Of a stretch of 64,000 bases of DNA, positions 1 to 11,700 are shown piece after piece. The DNA comes from Schizochytrium sp. TIO01. Taxonomy: Eukaryota; Protista; Bigyra: Labyrinthulomycetes. Below the pieces are notes generated by a model. That model saw only the letters and a program-made list of their open reading frames with translations. It was not told the origin of the DNA and did not search any database. The stretch covers positions 62,001-126,000 of the forward strand of contig SMSO01000005.1 of NCBI GenBank assembly GCA_004764695.1, in the 5' to 3' direction. Each line of letters begins with the position of its first letter. Position 1 is the first letter of the stretch. A program made the translations under genes and the position numbers.

Positions 1-1066
1 CCTCGCTATCCAGGAACCTAAATGTCTCCGCCATCATCAAGCGCTCGGGCACTACCGGTACAGCGTTCTCGTGAAAGCATGTCGGCCACGAGAATGCATT
101 GATCTGGTCTACCGCAATCATCACTGGAACCTCAGTCACAAGACCCAGCTCCAGGCGAAGGTCCAGCAGCGCATCACCCGCGAAAGGCGCCGTCTTCAGA
201 CCTCTCTCAATGATGCCCATCAAAGAGTCATCAGCATCATAGAGCTTTGCAGGGTACTTCCTCTTTTGCTTAAGTCCCTTCAGCTGCTCGCCGTGCGCAG
301 CCTTGATGTTTTTGAGAGCAGCCTGAGCTCCGAGAGGCTGAGTGAGGAGCTTGGGGCGGAGCTTGCTCTGTGCGAGAGGAGCCGCGGTACCTGTACCGTA
401 CTGAATGGCACCCTTCTCGGTAACGTACTCGCGAGCGTCAGGGACGTACATGACGATCCAGCCTCGGGCACGGGCCCACATGACAGCAAGCTGAAGGGAG
501 ATGGACTTTCCCATGCCACGCTCGCCCATGAGCAAGCGCACAGCCTTGGAAGGGTCCACTTCGCCAGCCTCGATGCGCTTCATGAGGTCAATGGTGTCAG
601 TCGTGGACTCACGTACCATGAAGAGCTTGTTACCCAAAACCGTGAAAAGCTCCTCAGTCTCCTCGTTCACGCCCTCAGGAAGCAGACGGGCGAGGTCCTC
701 ATCCTTCACAGCAAAGTATCGCGCAACGTCCTCGCCGCTGATCTCATCCACGGTTGACGCATTCGCCACATATGAGTTACTCTGCTTCTTGGCTGCCTTC
801 TCCTTCTTCTTGGCTGCCTTCTTGGCCTCTACATCGTCGTCTTCAGTCGCCTTCGCGTTGGCGCCTTCGACATCAGAGGTGCTTGAGGAGGACGACATGA
901 GGCGCGTCCATGTCCACTGCGGGGCAGGGAGGGAGGTGCTAGAGGCCTGCGAGGCAAGAGCAGAGACTGCGTGCTCCCTGGCGATGGCGGAGACGCTTGG
1001 CGCGGCACGGCCAGCGACCACCTTGCCTGCAAGGCGGCCTGCAAGCAGCCATCTAGGCTGCATCAT
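1..1066 (-). CDS. DAP3: Mitochondrial small-subunit ribosomal protein mS29 / death-associated protein 3 (5' part; runs off the left edge of the window)
   Basis: Manual translation of the minus strand from the ATG at 1066 is open to base 1 (355 codons). It begins with an Arg/Ala/Ser-rich presequence (MMQPRWLLAGRLAGKVVAGRAAPS...), then shows FMVRE, P-loop LLMGERGMGKSISL, AVMWARARGWIVMYVP and VPVMIAVDQINAF, all typical of DAP3/mS29. It is absent from the ORF track because there is no stop codon in the window. Confidence 0.9.
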   Translation of the reverse strand, partial: MMQPRWLLAGRLAGKVVAGRAAPSVSAIAREHAVSALASQASSTSLPAPQWTWTRLMSSSSSTSDVEGANAKATEDDDVEAKKAAKKKEKAAKKQSNSYVANASTVDEISGEDVARYFAVKDEDLARLLPEGVNEETEELFTVLGNKLFMVRESTTDTIDLMKRIEAGEVDPSKAVRLLMGERGMGKSISLQLAVMWARARGWIVMYVPDAREYVTEKGAIQYGTGTAAPLAQSKLRPKLLTQPLGAQAALKNIKAAHGEQLKGLKQKRKYPAKLYDADDSLMGIIERGLKTAPFAGDALLDLRLELGLVTEVPVMIAVDQINAFSWPTCFHENAVPVVPERLMMAETFRFLDSE

Positions 1067-4000
1067 CTTCTTCGAAGAACGACGGGCGACGGGACGCCGA
1101 GCGCGAGGTCCCTCCGAGAGCTAGGTCGACGCTATACGCCGCACCACACAAACAGTCCACGCAAGCTGCCTCCGCGACAGCCGCTTCAGATCTGCCAAAG
1201 CCGGAGACTGACAACGCAAATGAATGAACGAGTGAGTGACTAGCTAGCGATTAATTAGGAGCAAATGAAATGACTGCCGCTCAAATTTTAGCATATAACT
1301 AACATAGAGGTCCCTATTATTCGTATTCTTTGCTATGCTATTAATGTAGTTGACTCTGGGAAAGGTAATGGCGCTTTCTTTCTCTTCCAATCGCACTGGC
1401 ACTATAGGTTATAGGGAGCGCCACACTGTAGGTTATTCTCTTTAGTTGCGTATTTACTATGGGTTATAGCAGCATGCATTCTTCACTGATTGCCGCCGAT
1501 TCTTGTTATTCGTTCGTTCGTGATCGCTACGTACTACTCGCTCAGTGGCGTTGTTTGCTATTCCGGCTATTTTGCATTACATGACATTTGTTGACCAGAG
1601 AAGGTCCAACTTGTGCGGACTAGGTGTTGGGTAGTGCTCGCGCTGATCAGAATGATTCCATGATTGCTATTTCAATGATCTCGAGGGCATGCTCGATCCT
1701 GCTCATATTGCTCAGATTGGTGAAGTCTACTGCCACATCTTATTACAGAGCCTCTGCAATTTGCCTTGGGTAATGCAGTAGTTGATGATCAAACATGACC
1801 TACTCACTCGCTGTCAACTCCTTTGATTTCACGCACGCAAAGACAGAACATAGCTTGCATCGAGCGGAGAGACTTACTCTTGCTTTGCATTGGCCTGCTC
1901 GAGGGACTTGCGCTCAGCAAGGCTGCTCGCTGTGCTGCTAATTGTTATCATCGCTCAGGACCGCAGCAGTCAATGGTTGCTTATAACCTGCTAGGTAACT
2001 CCTATGGTGAGCTGCGGCTCTTGTGGGGTTGGTATTCTCTACTTTATCTACTAAATATCCCATTTATAGGCGTCTATATCCCTCTTTTCAAAGTTTCTAT
2101 AAGTCACTTTCAGGAGTGCTATAACTCACTGTGCTGCAGGGCCTTTGCTCTTTAGGGCTCTAGAGAGCGAACCTGTTTCAAAACCTAGCTAGAGTTTTGG
2201 GATCGTGGATGAGGTCGCTTATTCGAAAATGATTTCTTTCATTCACTCATCGTGATACTGGTCGTGCTCTTCCCTGTGGCTCATAAGGAGACTTATACTT
2301 TTGTCATGATGGTAAAGGGTAGGATCAAATTTTGCAGGGAGAATATTTATGATGCGCGAATTCGCCAACTCTTTTCTCGATGGTATGGGCTGGCAGCCCC
2401 TTAAGTTTCAAGGAGAATGTACATCAAAGTTTGTAAAGCTACCTCTAAACTTTTGCATTTCTCATTGAATCGATCGCAAATTGCAATTGTGCTTACTCGA
2501 TGGTAGTTTTCTCTAAGTAGCCTTATTGGTCTTGGATGGAAAGGCGCCAAGGAAAATGGGGATCATTCTTTGCAGTACGTACGTCTGCATTGTGGAGACA
2601 CTCTTAGGTTTCAGATCCTGCATCCAAATGACAAGACAGGGCGCTGAGGTACCGAAGAGCCATGCGCGTTGAATGAAAAGACTCAGAAAAGGCCAGAGAA
2701 AAGCGGAGCCGCGAGGTGAGCGCAGGGACCCTCAAGTTACGTGCCCACATACGGCTTTTAAAAGGAGTTCTGATATAGTCACTGGTAGGTGTGTGGTAGT
2801 CCTACGATGGTCCATCCCCAGGCAACAAGCTCAAACCCAAATAAAACGTTCATGACTTAGATCTATTTCGCAGTATTGTTAAAAAGTATCACTTTTTCTT
2901 CAACGATGATATTTGCGTAAACAAAACCAACGCTCCTGCTCACGATCTCTGTTGTATTTAATGAAGGGTTAAACCCCACACATGGAGACAGTGTTGTCTA
3001 GGTGGAACATCCCATCCAATACAATTAGTAGATTCACAAATAGAAATATCAGGAGAGCCTAGAGTATGCCCCCTTGGCGTAGTTCACTTTTAAAAAAATA
3101 AAATAATGAAAGCTTGTACTTCACTCCTCGTTACTGACAATCGTTAAACCAGATATACCTAGGTAGTAATGACAATTACAAGCGATGCTAACGCTGCAAA
3201 CAAATTAATCCAAAAAAGCAAGTATCTTTTTTAGAATTGCAAATGGAGAAAGGGAAGAACGTTTGGTTTCTTTGTGATGGTGTATTTCATCATCACAAAC
3301 GGGAGAATAAGAGCTTGAGAGTGTTGTCGCTAGTTTTATTCCTTTAAAAATATGGTTAAACCCATTGCAGTAGAACACGTCCAAAGCACTACAGCTCTGG
3401 TTTATATGATTTCGTTCGCTTTTCAAGCTTGACACTGATAGGCACACAGAAAGAAAAGATTCAGAATTGTTACCAGTGGGAGATTGTAATGCCATCAGGC
3501 TTTGCGATTTAGACCATTGTTGAGAGAGAAGAAACGCTTCTTCTCTTTCCCACTCATAATGAGTAGTCAGTCCTAAAAGTTCGAGCAATCGCAGTTTAAT
3601 TCCATTGTAGGTACTCTTTATCAAAATAGTTATTTCATGCTAGTTATTTCATGTTAATGCGAGATATCCTGACTCGAAAGGTCACAAGATCCTGATTCTA
3701 CTAGCCTTTGTTCACAAAGGTGCGCACGTCTTTATTCATTTTGACAAAGGATCCATCATAGTTGCACGGACTAAATCGACAAGTTGGTCAACACAAAGAC
3801 ACCTCGCAGACAAAATCAGTTTCCATGTTGACCAGCGACTGCAAAGCCTTGCCTGGCCATACCTAAAGCGCAAGTTTTTCGATCATGATGAAGTAACCTT
3901 TGAAAGTACAAACTGGGTACTATCCATTTGCTGGTAGGTACCTAGCTAGACATGGCGCGGCTTGAGGCACTTTTCTTGCGCTGCTATAGTTTCTACTAGT

Positions 4001-4601
4001 CAAATTGTAGAGACCTCTCCAGTCCCGAGAGAGTCCACTAAAAAGCAAAAGACAGACAGAAAGACAGACTGAAAAGAAAAAGATGATGAGGACTAAAGTA
4101 AAATGTATATAGTTGTGTAGTACCGGTGTCTTTCTTATGATAATAAATGTTAGGATCTAGTAACTGCTATAGTAAACATTAAAATAAACACTCTAATGCA
4201 CAAAGAAGAGGAAGAAAGACCAAAACTCAATCCCGCTCGCTCGTACTTCTGCGCGGGAGGCAGTCCACCGCCAACTGCAGCAGCAAACTGCTAGTACTAC
4301 TTCCCTGCTGCTGTACGATCGAATCTTCTGCAAGCGAGGCAAGTCTTGCGAGCGAGCCTATAGCAGGCTAGTCGGCCTCCTTACCTGCTCGAGAGGAGCA
4401 GCTCTGGGGAGTCGATTCCTGCTCAACTTGACTGAGACAAACTTACAGCAAGCAACTCTGCTTTGGCTCGTGCGAAGGCATACACGGCCAAGGTAGTCAG
4501 GTGAAGAACAAAGTTGGCTCCAAGGAAACCTATCGAGGGGCCACCAGCGTTGTTGACATCTGCGAATCTCGAGAGTAGGTGTTCACCATTTCTCTGTCAC
4601 A

Positions 4602-6575
4602 ATGGGTCCCACTCGTGCGTCTTTGGTTCTCGCCATCGTCTCTTCAGCCCTCATTTCTACCGTAAGCGCCTCCAGTGCCGTTGTGTATGGTCGTATCAGC
4701 AGCAGTGGCCATGAGTTTTCGGGAGAAATGGCGAATGTAGGCTCTGCAACAGCTCTCGCAACCCATCTTGACGATGCCGAAGGTCTCTTGCTCGTAAGCG
4801 ATGCTTCCGATGACCAAGCCTGCTCAGGATCAAACGCAACAACTACAGATCCACTTGCTTCATCTGGCGTCAAAACAGCTCTTGTAGCGCTGCGTGGAGG
4901 TTGCACGTTTGCCACAAAGCTGGAGGCTGCAGAAGCCCTCGGCGCAACTGCGCTGCTGGTGGTGAACAGTGTCGATAATCTCTATGGATCAAATGGAACT
5001 GATTCGGCATACTTGCTGGACCCTTGTGACACGAATTGTGATGCAGCAGAGAATTCGGATGAATTTGAGTGTGAGCGAGACTGCGCCACAGGGTTATGCC
5101 TAGCAAACCCAAGAGCTGTGGCCGGTGTCGAGTCTGGAACGTTTTGTTGTGCAGTCAATGAGCTCATTGCCATGTCTCTCGGCTCGTCTTCCAAGGTACA
5201 AGCCATTTTTGTGGGTGTAACAGATGCTTCGTATGTTCAAGAAGCCGCAGCCACAGGTTCTGGCAAAGTTTATTTGGCCTCGAAGGAGCCTGTGCATGTG
5301 GATGGAAGCATGTTTATGATTCTGCTTATTGGTAGTGTGGTTGTGTCCATCTCTGCCTTTAGAGCTGCACGTAAAGAGCGTCATGAGGCAGATTGGCTTT
5401 GGCGCAAGGATCGTTCCACCAGAAATGCCACAGTTGAGGATGCTGACCAGCTTGAAGCGCCAACTGATCATGATGATGCCATTGATCAGGTGACACTTAC
5501 ACTCTCGGCTGTAGCGTGCTTCCTTGTTATGTGTACTGTGATTTTAGTTGGTCTTTTCTTCCTTGCGCGCTACTATCCTCGTGAGACAGTCATCTTTATT
5601 CAGGTGCTTTTTGGCCTCAGTGCAATTTTTGCCTTTAGTCACTTTGTATTGCAGCCTCTCGTTCGTAAGGCTTGGCCAGGGTCCGTCAACAAAGTCCTTC
5701 ATTTACCACGCGGAATTACGCTCGGCAACGCCGCAGAGGTTATTGGGGCTCTTTTGAGTCTTGGCTTTGTCGTAGTTTGGTTTGTCGAACGTCATACTTC
5801 CTGGGCATGGGTGCTCGCAGATATTTTGGCCGCCTCTGTATGTTGCATGTTTCTTGTAGCAGTCCGTCTCCCAAACTTACGACTTGCTTGCCTCATGCTT
5901 TCTTTGTTCTTTGTTTATGACATTTTCATGGTCTTCATATCTCCTTCCATTTTTGGTGGTGAGTCCGTGATGGTAGAGGTAGCCACCGCAGGCGGGTCGA
6001 CTGCATCAGTCGATCCTGAGGATTCTACGGTATGTGAACGCACACAATCTGAGCGCATGCCAATGCTTTTTCTTGTGCCACACTTTGACAGTCCAGGATC
6101 TTATGCTTTACTCGGCCTTGGTGATGTGTTTATTCCGGGGCTTCTCATTACTTTTGCGTGCAGGTTTGACTACTTGAAGGCTCTCAAGGCTAACACGCCA
6201 ACAACCTTCCTCCGGGTCCACGCTTACTTTTTCCCTCTTTGTGTTGCCTACTTTGTAGCGCTGGGTGCCACTCTAGTCGCGAATCTGTTCAACATAAACT
6301 TTTCAACTCAGGTTGAGGGTCAACCTGCTCTGCTCTATCTTGTGCCTTGTACTGTGGGCACCTTTGTAGTTTTGGCTTGGATTCGTGGAGATTTGCGTTC
6401 GCTCTGGACCTATTCATACGAGGAGCTTTACGAACAAATGATTTCTAAACCTCGTACACTTCCGAGTCGTGCCTCCAACGCATCTACTGATTCTGATTCG
6501 GCCCTTATTCCTCCGGCTAACCAAGAGGGTACTACCACAACCACTGGCATTTCAAGACGTGAGCACTCTACGTAA
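4602..6575 (+). CDS. Signal peptide peptidase-like intramembrane aspartyl protease (peptidase A22B, SPPL2-type) with lumenal PA domain
   Basis: 657 aa with a signal peptide, a PA domain (ALVALRGGCTFATKLEAAEALGATALLVVN), multiple TM segments, catalytic FFVYDIFMVF (YD) and LGLGDVFIPG (GxGD), and the QPALLYLVP motif. Confidence 0.95.
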   Translation: MGPTRASLVLAIVSSALISTVSASSAVVYGRISSSGHEFSGEMANVGSATALATHLDDAEGLLLVSDASDDQACSGSNATTTDPLASSGVKTALVALRGGCTFATKLEAAEALGATALLVVNSVDNLYGSNGTDSAYLLDPCDTNCDAAENSDEFECERDCATGLCLANPRAVAGVESGTFCCAVNELIAMSLGSSSKVQAIFVGVTDASYVQEAAATGSGKVYLASKEPVHVDGSMFMILLIGSVVVSISAFRAARKERHEADWLWRKDRSTRNATVEDADQLEAPTDHDDAIDQVTLTLSAVACFLVMCTVILVGLFFLARYYPRETVIFIQVLFGLSAIFAFSHFVLQPLVRKAWPGSVNKVLHLPRGITLGNAAEVIGALLSLGFVVVWFVERHTSWAWVLADILAASVCCMFLVAVRLPNLRLACLMLSLFFVYDIFMVFISPSIFGGESVMVEVATAGGSTASVDPEDSTVCERTQSERMPMLFLVPHFDSPGSYALLGLGDVFIPGLLITFACRFDYLKALKANTPTTFLRVHAYFFPLCVAYFVALGATLVANLFNINFSTQVEGQPALLYLVPCTVGTFVVLAWIRGDLRSLWTYSYEELYEQMISKPRTLPSRASNASTDSDSALIPPANQEGTTTTTGISRREHST

Positions 6576-7795
6576 GCCAGCAAAAAGAATAAACTTGGTA
6601 TCCTGGCATGCGTGGTCTTCACCATAACTACTTTTGCCAAGCTTTATAGCTATCTCTGTGTCGTTCTCCTCTTTCATTTTCATGCCCCTATTATTTCAAA
6701 TTATGTCTGTAATTAGAGTGAGTTGCTGTTGTAGTGTAATTTGTCAGCTCTGTTCTGTTGTTATCGTTGCAAACCATAAATAAAAGATCTATAGCGCTCG
6801 GTTTTGTTTTTGAATCTGCCAAAGTTCACTGTTTCTCAGTTTCATGTCGATGACTTTCGGCCTGCTTTTTTTTTTTTTTTTAAATGTAAATTTCGTTTCT
6901 TGCCAGCACAGATACGGACGTGGTCAGATGTTTTGCAGAAAGATGTACAAATAGAATCTACTTGGCATTTTGAAAAGATCGAAATATAGACAGACTCCTT
7001 TATTTGTTGAGTCTCAAAATTTATACTGGAATGTTCCTCAACGCCGATACGGATCTTTGGAGGAGCTTGATTTCAGGTTGCAGATAAAATTATGCAGGTA
7101 CTAGTCTTTAGAATGAGAGAATCATCGTTAAATAGGGATTAGTCTCTGTGCGAAACTCTTTGAAGTACGCAGAGCCGCTTAGTTTGGATTAAATAGACGT
7201 ATAATCTAATCGTAATCTGAAATTTGTGACGTTTAGAAAAGTGAAATAAAAAATACGAGCTTTTTTTGAACAAGAATTTTTATAAAAACAACAAAAAAAC
7301 ACACTCTTCAATAGTTAAGGAAAGTGGAAAGCAGAAAAGCTAGTGATAGCATAATGAGAGAGATAAACCTCTACTGCGTTGCCACTGAATGACAATTCGT
7401 AAAACGTGGGAGAGCGAGACTTCATCTACGTGGTCTGGAGACTGGTTAGAAGCGGTTTCACAACCGAGATCAAAAGATACACGGATATGACACCTCCTCT
7501 TTATCTTTTGGGATGGAAGAGACGCGAGAAGCGAATGGAACAAAGTGAGGGGAGAGAAGGGAATCTCAACAAAATGATGAGACGGGTTCCTCAATCGCAC
7601 AGTAGTAGTCACAATATGGCCAAGTGGCCGCTCACCATATATGCCGCTCGAGTGATTAAGAAAAAGAAGGAAAGGGATCACAAGAAGGACATGGAAGAAT
7701 AAACATACCGAAGCTGTTATTGATGGCTAGCAAGTCATCACTGTAAACATGTTCATGACAACGTACGCATGCGGTGCAGAATGTCTGTCGAACGA

Positions 7796-8761
7796 TTAGC
7801 GAGACATCACCTCGGTGGCAGGCGCACCCTTGTCATCGTCCTTCTTCTTCTTATCCTCGTTGTTTGAGCAGCAGCAGCAGAGGCACTTGGGCATGCATGG
7901 GCAAGCGTAACCACAGCACCAGATGTCACAGAAGCGGCCCTCGCAGATGCCACGCTTGTCCTCAAAAAAGGTGAAATCAATTTGAAGAGTTGCCGCAATC
8001 AGGGCCATCTTGATGGTAGGGTCCATGTTCTTGTCGAACTCGAGCTGGAAGTTGTCGGCATCAGTGTAAATTTCATAGCCCATGCCCTTGATAGAGTCCG
8101 GAGCAAGCTTTCGGATTCCACCGGTTTGGCGGCCTTCCTCATCGTACAGAGTGAAAGAAGCACCGCAGCAATCGCAGACCATGCAGAACGGTCCAACGAG
8201 CTTTGCCTTGGTCTCGCCAAAGCGGTCGTTGATCTGCCACGTGGGCCAGCAGCATCCACCATGGCAAAAGGGTACCTTGACCTGAGAGATACGAGTAGAG
8301 CTGGACTCGTGGCCGATGGTGTTGTTATTTGCGTCGACGAGGTAGTGCACATCGACCTTGTGGTTGCAGCATGGAATAGGAGCCCAACCGCAGCAGCGGA
8401 ACTTGCGTCGGAATACAAGAGCAGGTTTTTCCTCCTTGCCGGTCTCGTCATAAACCTTGACTCGGAAGGGTCGGTTTTCACCACAGCACACGCGGTAGCA
8501 GCAGCAAGTCTTTTCCTTCATAGTGAATAGCTGGACCTTGCCATCCTTGTCGTAAATGGTGTAGTGGTTACTTTGTTCGTACCAGCTTGCAATTTGCTCG
8601 AGCACGTCCCAGTCCTGACGTACCATAAGGCCATCAAGGTCCTTCAAAAGGCCAAGTCCAGCGTAGTTGAGAGAGCCGCCGGCCTCCTCAGCATCCATCT
8701 TCATGCGGACCATCTTCACCCCCAGGGGCATTTCCTGGCCCTCAACAACCTTGCCAGCCAT
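7796..8761 (-). CDS. PLSCR: Phospholipid scramblase family protein
   Basis: 321 aa with EQSNHYTIYD, CCYRVCCGENRPF, RRKFRCCG, the Ca-binding-type TDADNFQLEF and the C-terminal helix KMALIAATLQIDFTFFE, typical of PLSCR. Confidence 0.92.
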   Translation of the reverse strand: MAGKVVEGQEMPLGVKMVRMKMDAEEAGGSLNYAGLGLLKDLDGLMVRQDWDVLEQIASWYEQSNHYTIYDKDGKVQLFTMKEKTCCCYRVCCGENRPFRVKVYDETGKEEKPALVFRRKFRCCGWAPIPCCNHKVDVHYLVDANNNTIGHESSSTRISQVKVPFCHGGCCWPTWQINDRFGETKAKLVGPFCMVCDCCGASFTLYDEEGRQTGGIRKLAPDSIKGMGYEIYTDADNFQLEFDKNMDPTIKMALIAATLQIDFTFFEDKRGICEGRFCDIWCCGYACPCMPKCLCCCCSNNEDKKKKDDDKGAPATEVMSR

Positions 8762-11700
8762 TTTGTCCCTCGTTTTCCAACAGAGCTTCGACCCTAACTC
8801 TCCGCAATTGGCTGCACTGCTGGTTGTCGAACTCTCGCGGCTAGATCTGCAGCAGCAGGAGCAGTGATGATCGCTCGTTCTGCTTCAAGTCCACTTCTCT
8901 AAAACTTTACATTTCTAAAACCATACACAAAAACAGTAAGGAAGTGTGTTAAAAAATAAGCAATAAACAAAATAAAAAACACTTAATTTTTTAATCTTTA
9001 TACATTGCGCCATATTGCTATTGTTTCCTGTAGGAGCCACAATAACGGTGGCATTGAGAGTACTTTCTTTCCTACTGATTCAGATGCAAGGAAAATCACG
9101 GTCATTATGAACTTGAAGATCCCTCTTTCCCATGCTCCCTCCCTCGACTAGAGATGGGGTCAGCCACGGGGAGGCTGGAGCTAGACACCAAATGCCTACA
9201 ATCGGGTGGCCTTTAAGGTACAAATAAGGCGTGAGACCGGAGACAGAGAGGAAGAGAATCACCTCTTGTATTTTGAAAACAACACTTGTTGAACGCACAG
9301 AAAACGAAAAAAAGTCCAGCACGTGCAGCGTGCGCCATATGCTACAGTATAACGTAGGTAGATGATAACCTCCCTTTGTGCACACTCGACGGCAAAGCAT
9401 TGAGTTTATTGATCAGATCTGTTAGAAGTAGGGCGGTAGTTCCTATGGAGATAGGTAGGGAGAGCCCTTTTGGGACGACGCAGTACGTCTATATCAAGTT
9501 GGGCTGGCTCGTAAGTAGAGGTCCTTCTCTAACTTACTAGCCTCCTTTCATTAATACCTAGGTAGTACCTACTTTGATTGAAGAACGTTTTTAGTCACTT
9601 TGAGAATTGCGGGGAACGTTCTACTAGAGTGACGTTCTTTTCAACGATACAGAAAGAACAAGCATCAATTTTATATTGGACGACCTGACTAGTTTCCTGC
9701 TACTCAAAGTTAGAATATTACTTTTTATGACTATCAATGTGCCGTTTAGGCGGAAAATCCCAGCTTATAAAAGAGATTGAAATGTCATGGAGAGCTCTTA
9801 AAGCGACAAATTATTAATAAGGGTGCACTTTAAAATGCCATAGTTTGAATCATTGCATACAATTATCCGAACTTATAGCTCTACATGAAAACCTCAGGAG
9901 GTGATCTCTTAGCTGCAACTAGCGTTGAAACATTTCAAAATGAGCATGCAAAGTTAATAAATATATGTCTAGTCTTGGGGTTGTGAGAACAGTTTCTCAT
10001 GTAAGCTGCGCAGACTTCAGAACAGTGGGCAAAAACTTCTCGACGTAAGATTTACCACACCATTTCCTCAACGACAACTTTACACGTACACTTCCTTGGG
10101 GTTTCTTCTCTTGATTACCTGTGCTCCAATATTAGTGCCAAGGATGTGTTCAGTTCTTCTTCACCTAGGGTAATAACTCGCTACTTTGGTGGAACATGCT
10201 TGAAAGTCACATCAGTTTTATTTCCTGCGTGTCTGCCTTGTTCTAGGCAAGATACCAAGAAGTCACTTCTTCGTTTCTAGCAATTCCTCTGGCATCCTTG
10301 CTGACAGACAACAATGTGGTAAACTCACTTGTAAGTTGCTAGGTACTACGTCAACACATGGCGAGTTCCAATTGGCAAGGCTCGGGAGCTTTCCTAATGC
10401 CATATCGTTCGGAATGAGTTCAACTTTAGAGTGTTTAGAGATGGTGTGCGGAGTGATTGAGGAAACTGGTGATGTTCAGCAACCATACGTCAACGTGCAA
10501 GATACATTTTGCAAGCTTATGGGAGCACTACCATTGCCCTGGGTGTTTTCCCGAATAATATTGTCATTTACATTAGTATATAGCTACTTAATAGTCCACT
10601 ATGGGCGGAAAGTCGCGTTTATGCCTCCCGAGCACGCAAAACAAGTTTCTGTGTTTTCTATTGGGGATATCTAAACAGACAAGACTTGGTTGCGTCCATT
10701 GAATGCCTTTGAAATATATTAAATTCTTTTTACTATTTTTTCTCCAAAATTTATAATCAATAGAGTAATTTGTCCAAAAAAAGGAATGAAGCTATAGCGG
10801 TTCTTGTGTCCTCGTGACAACAGGTCACAAACGAAGTCGAAAGGGTCACTCACTCATACAGTTCACAAGTCTCGTACATGTAACGGATCCTTGTTATAAA
10901 AAAAATCCCAGCAAATCTAGACAGAACTAAAGAAAAAAATAAAGAACCCCACAATTATTTCGTTTCTTTAAAGTTGATCAATAAAAATATTATAACGCAG
11001 CTGCAGCAAAATTGTAGGGATAGGTTGCAATGCTCCACGATCTACCATTCAACAACTTGGCTTTCGTAGCATTGTAAGATCTTCTTCTCGCCCAAATGAG
11101 CGCAGGTGGGGAAGCGCATGCTCGATTCCTTTGCACGTGCTGCAGATCAGATCCATTCAACTGGGAGGTGGTTGACAGTTGATGTTTTGGTCTTATTTCA
11201 AACAACTGAACAGAAAAAGTGCTAACGGTTAATTAAAAAAAATGAAAACCCAAAGTTATGTTTTGATCGCACATTGAGTGATGTGCTAATTATCTAATAT
11301 ATATAATCGCGGGCTCGTAAGGTCCATTTGTCAGTCATGATTAGAATTCCGTCTTTATATTTACGAGCTCCAGTGTCTGATGGAGATTCCATATCTCAGC
11401 ATCATTACAGCAAATGAGTATCACCAAAGCTGAGAGCGAAACCTTCGAGTGTCTCAATCTGCTTTAAAGTTGCACTTAGCTACAGACTAACACTTACATC
11501 AAAGTAACAGCATCAATCTCTCACAAGAGTATAGCAACAGCTGACTTGTTATCAAAAGCATATCAAACCGAAGAAACATTAATCATATATATATATTTTA
11601 AAAGTGGGGGTCTAGTTAAAAAAAGGGTAAAGTTCTATTATTAAATATAGGAATACAGGTGAACATGAAGTAGTACAATTTTCTAGTATACATTGTGGGA

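Noticed and set aside
71-1243. Plus-strand ORFs of 228, 207 and 90 aa
   Set aside because: Antisense shadows of the codon-biased DAP3 gene, with no motifs.
1260-2200. Possible decayed mobile element upstream of DAP3
   Set aside because: No terminal repeats, target-site duplication or transposase/RT remnants are recognisable by eye; a repeat-library search would be needed.
2701-2725. Short resemblance to bacterial 16S rRNA (AGCCGCGAGGTG)
   Set aside because: Only about 12 nt, with no flanking rRNA similarity.
3068-3090. tRNA-like 5' end (GCCCCCTTGGCGTAG)
   Set aside because: No B-box/T-loop or cloverleaf follows. Other GGTTCGA sites in the window also lack tRNA structure.
3177-3192. 16-nt exact match TACAAGCGATGCTAAC also at about 61012
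   Set aside because: About one such match is expected by chance in a 64-kb self-comparison, and the flanks do not extend.
3205-3624. 139-aa ORF in the DAP3-SPPL spacer
   Set aside because: Non-ATG start, AT-rich, with no motif or codon bias.
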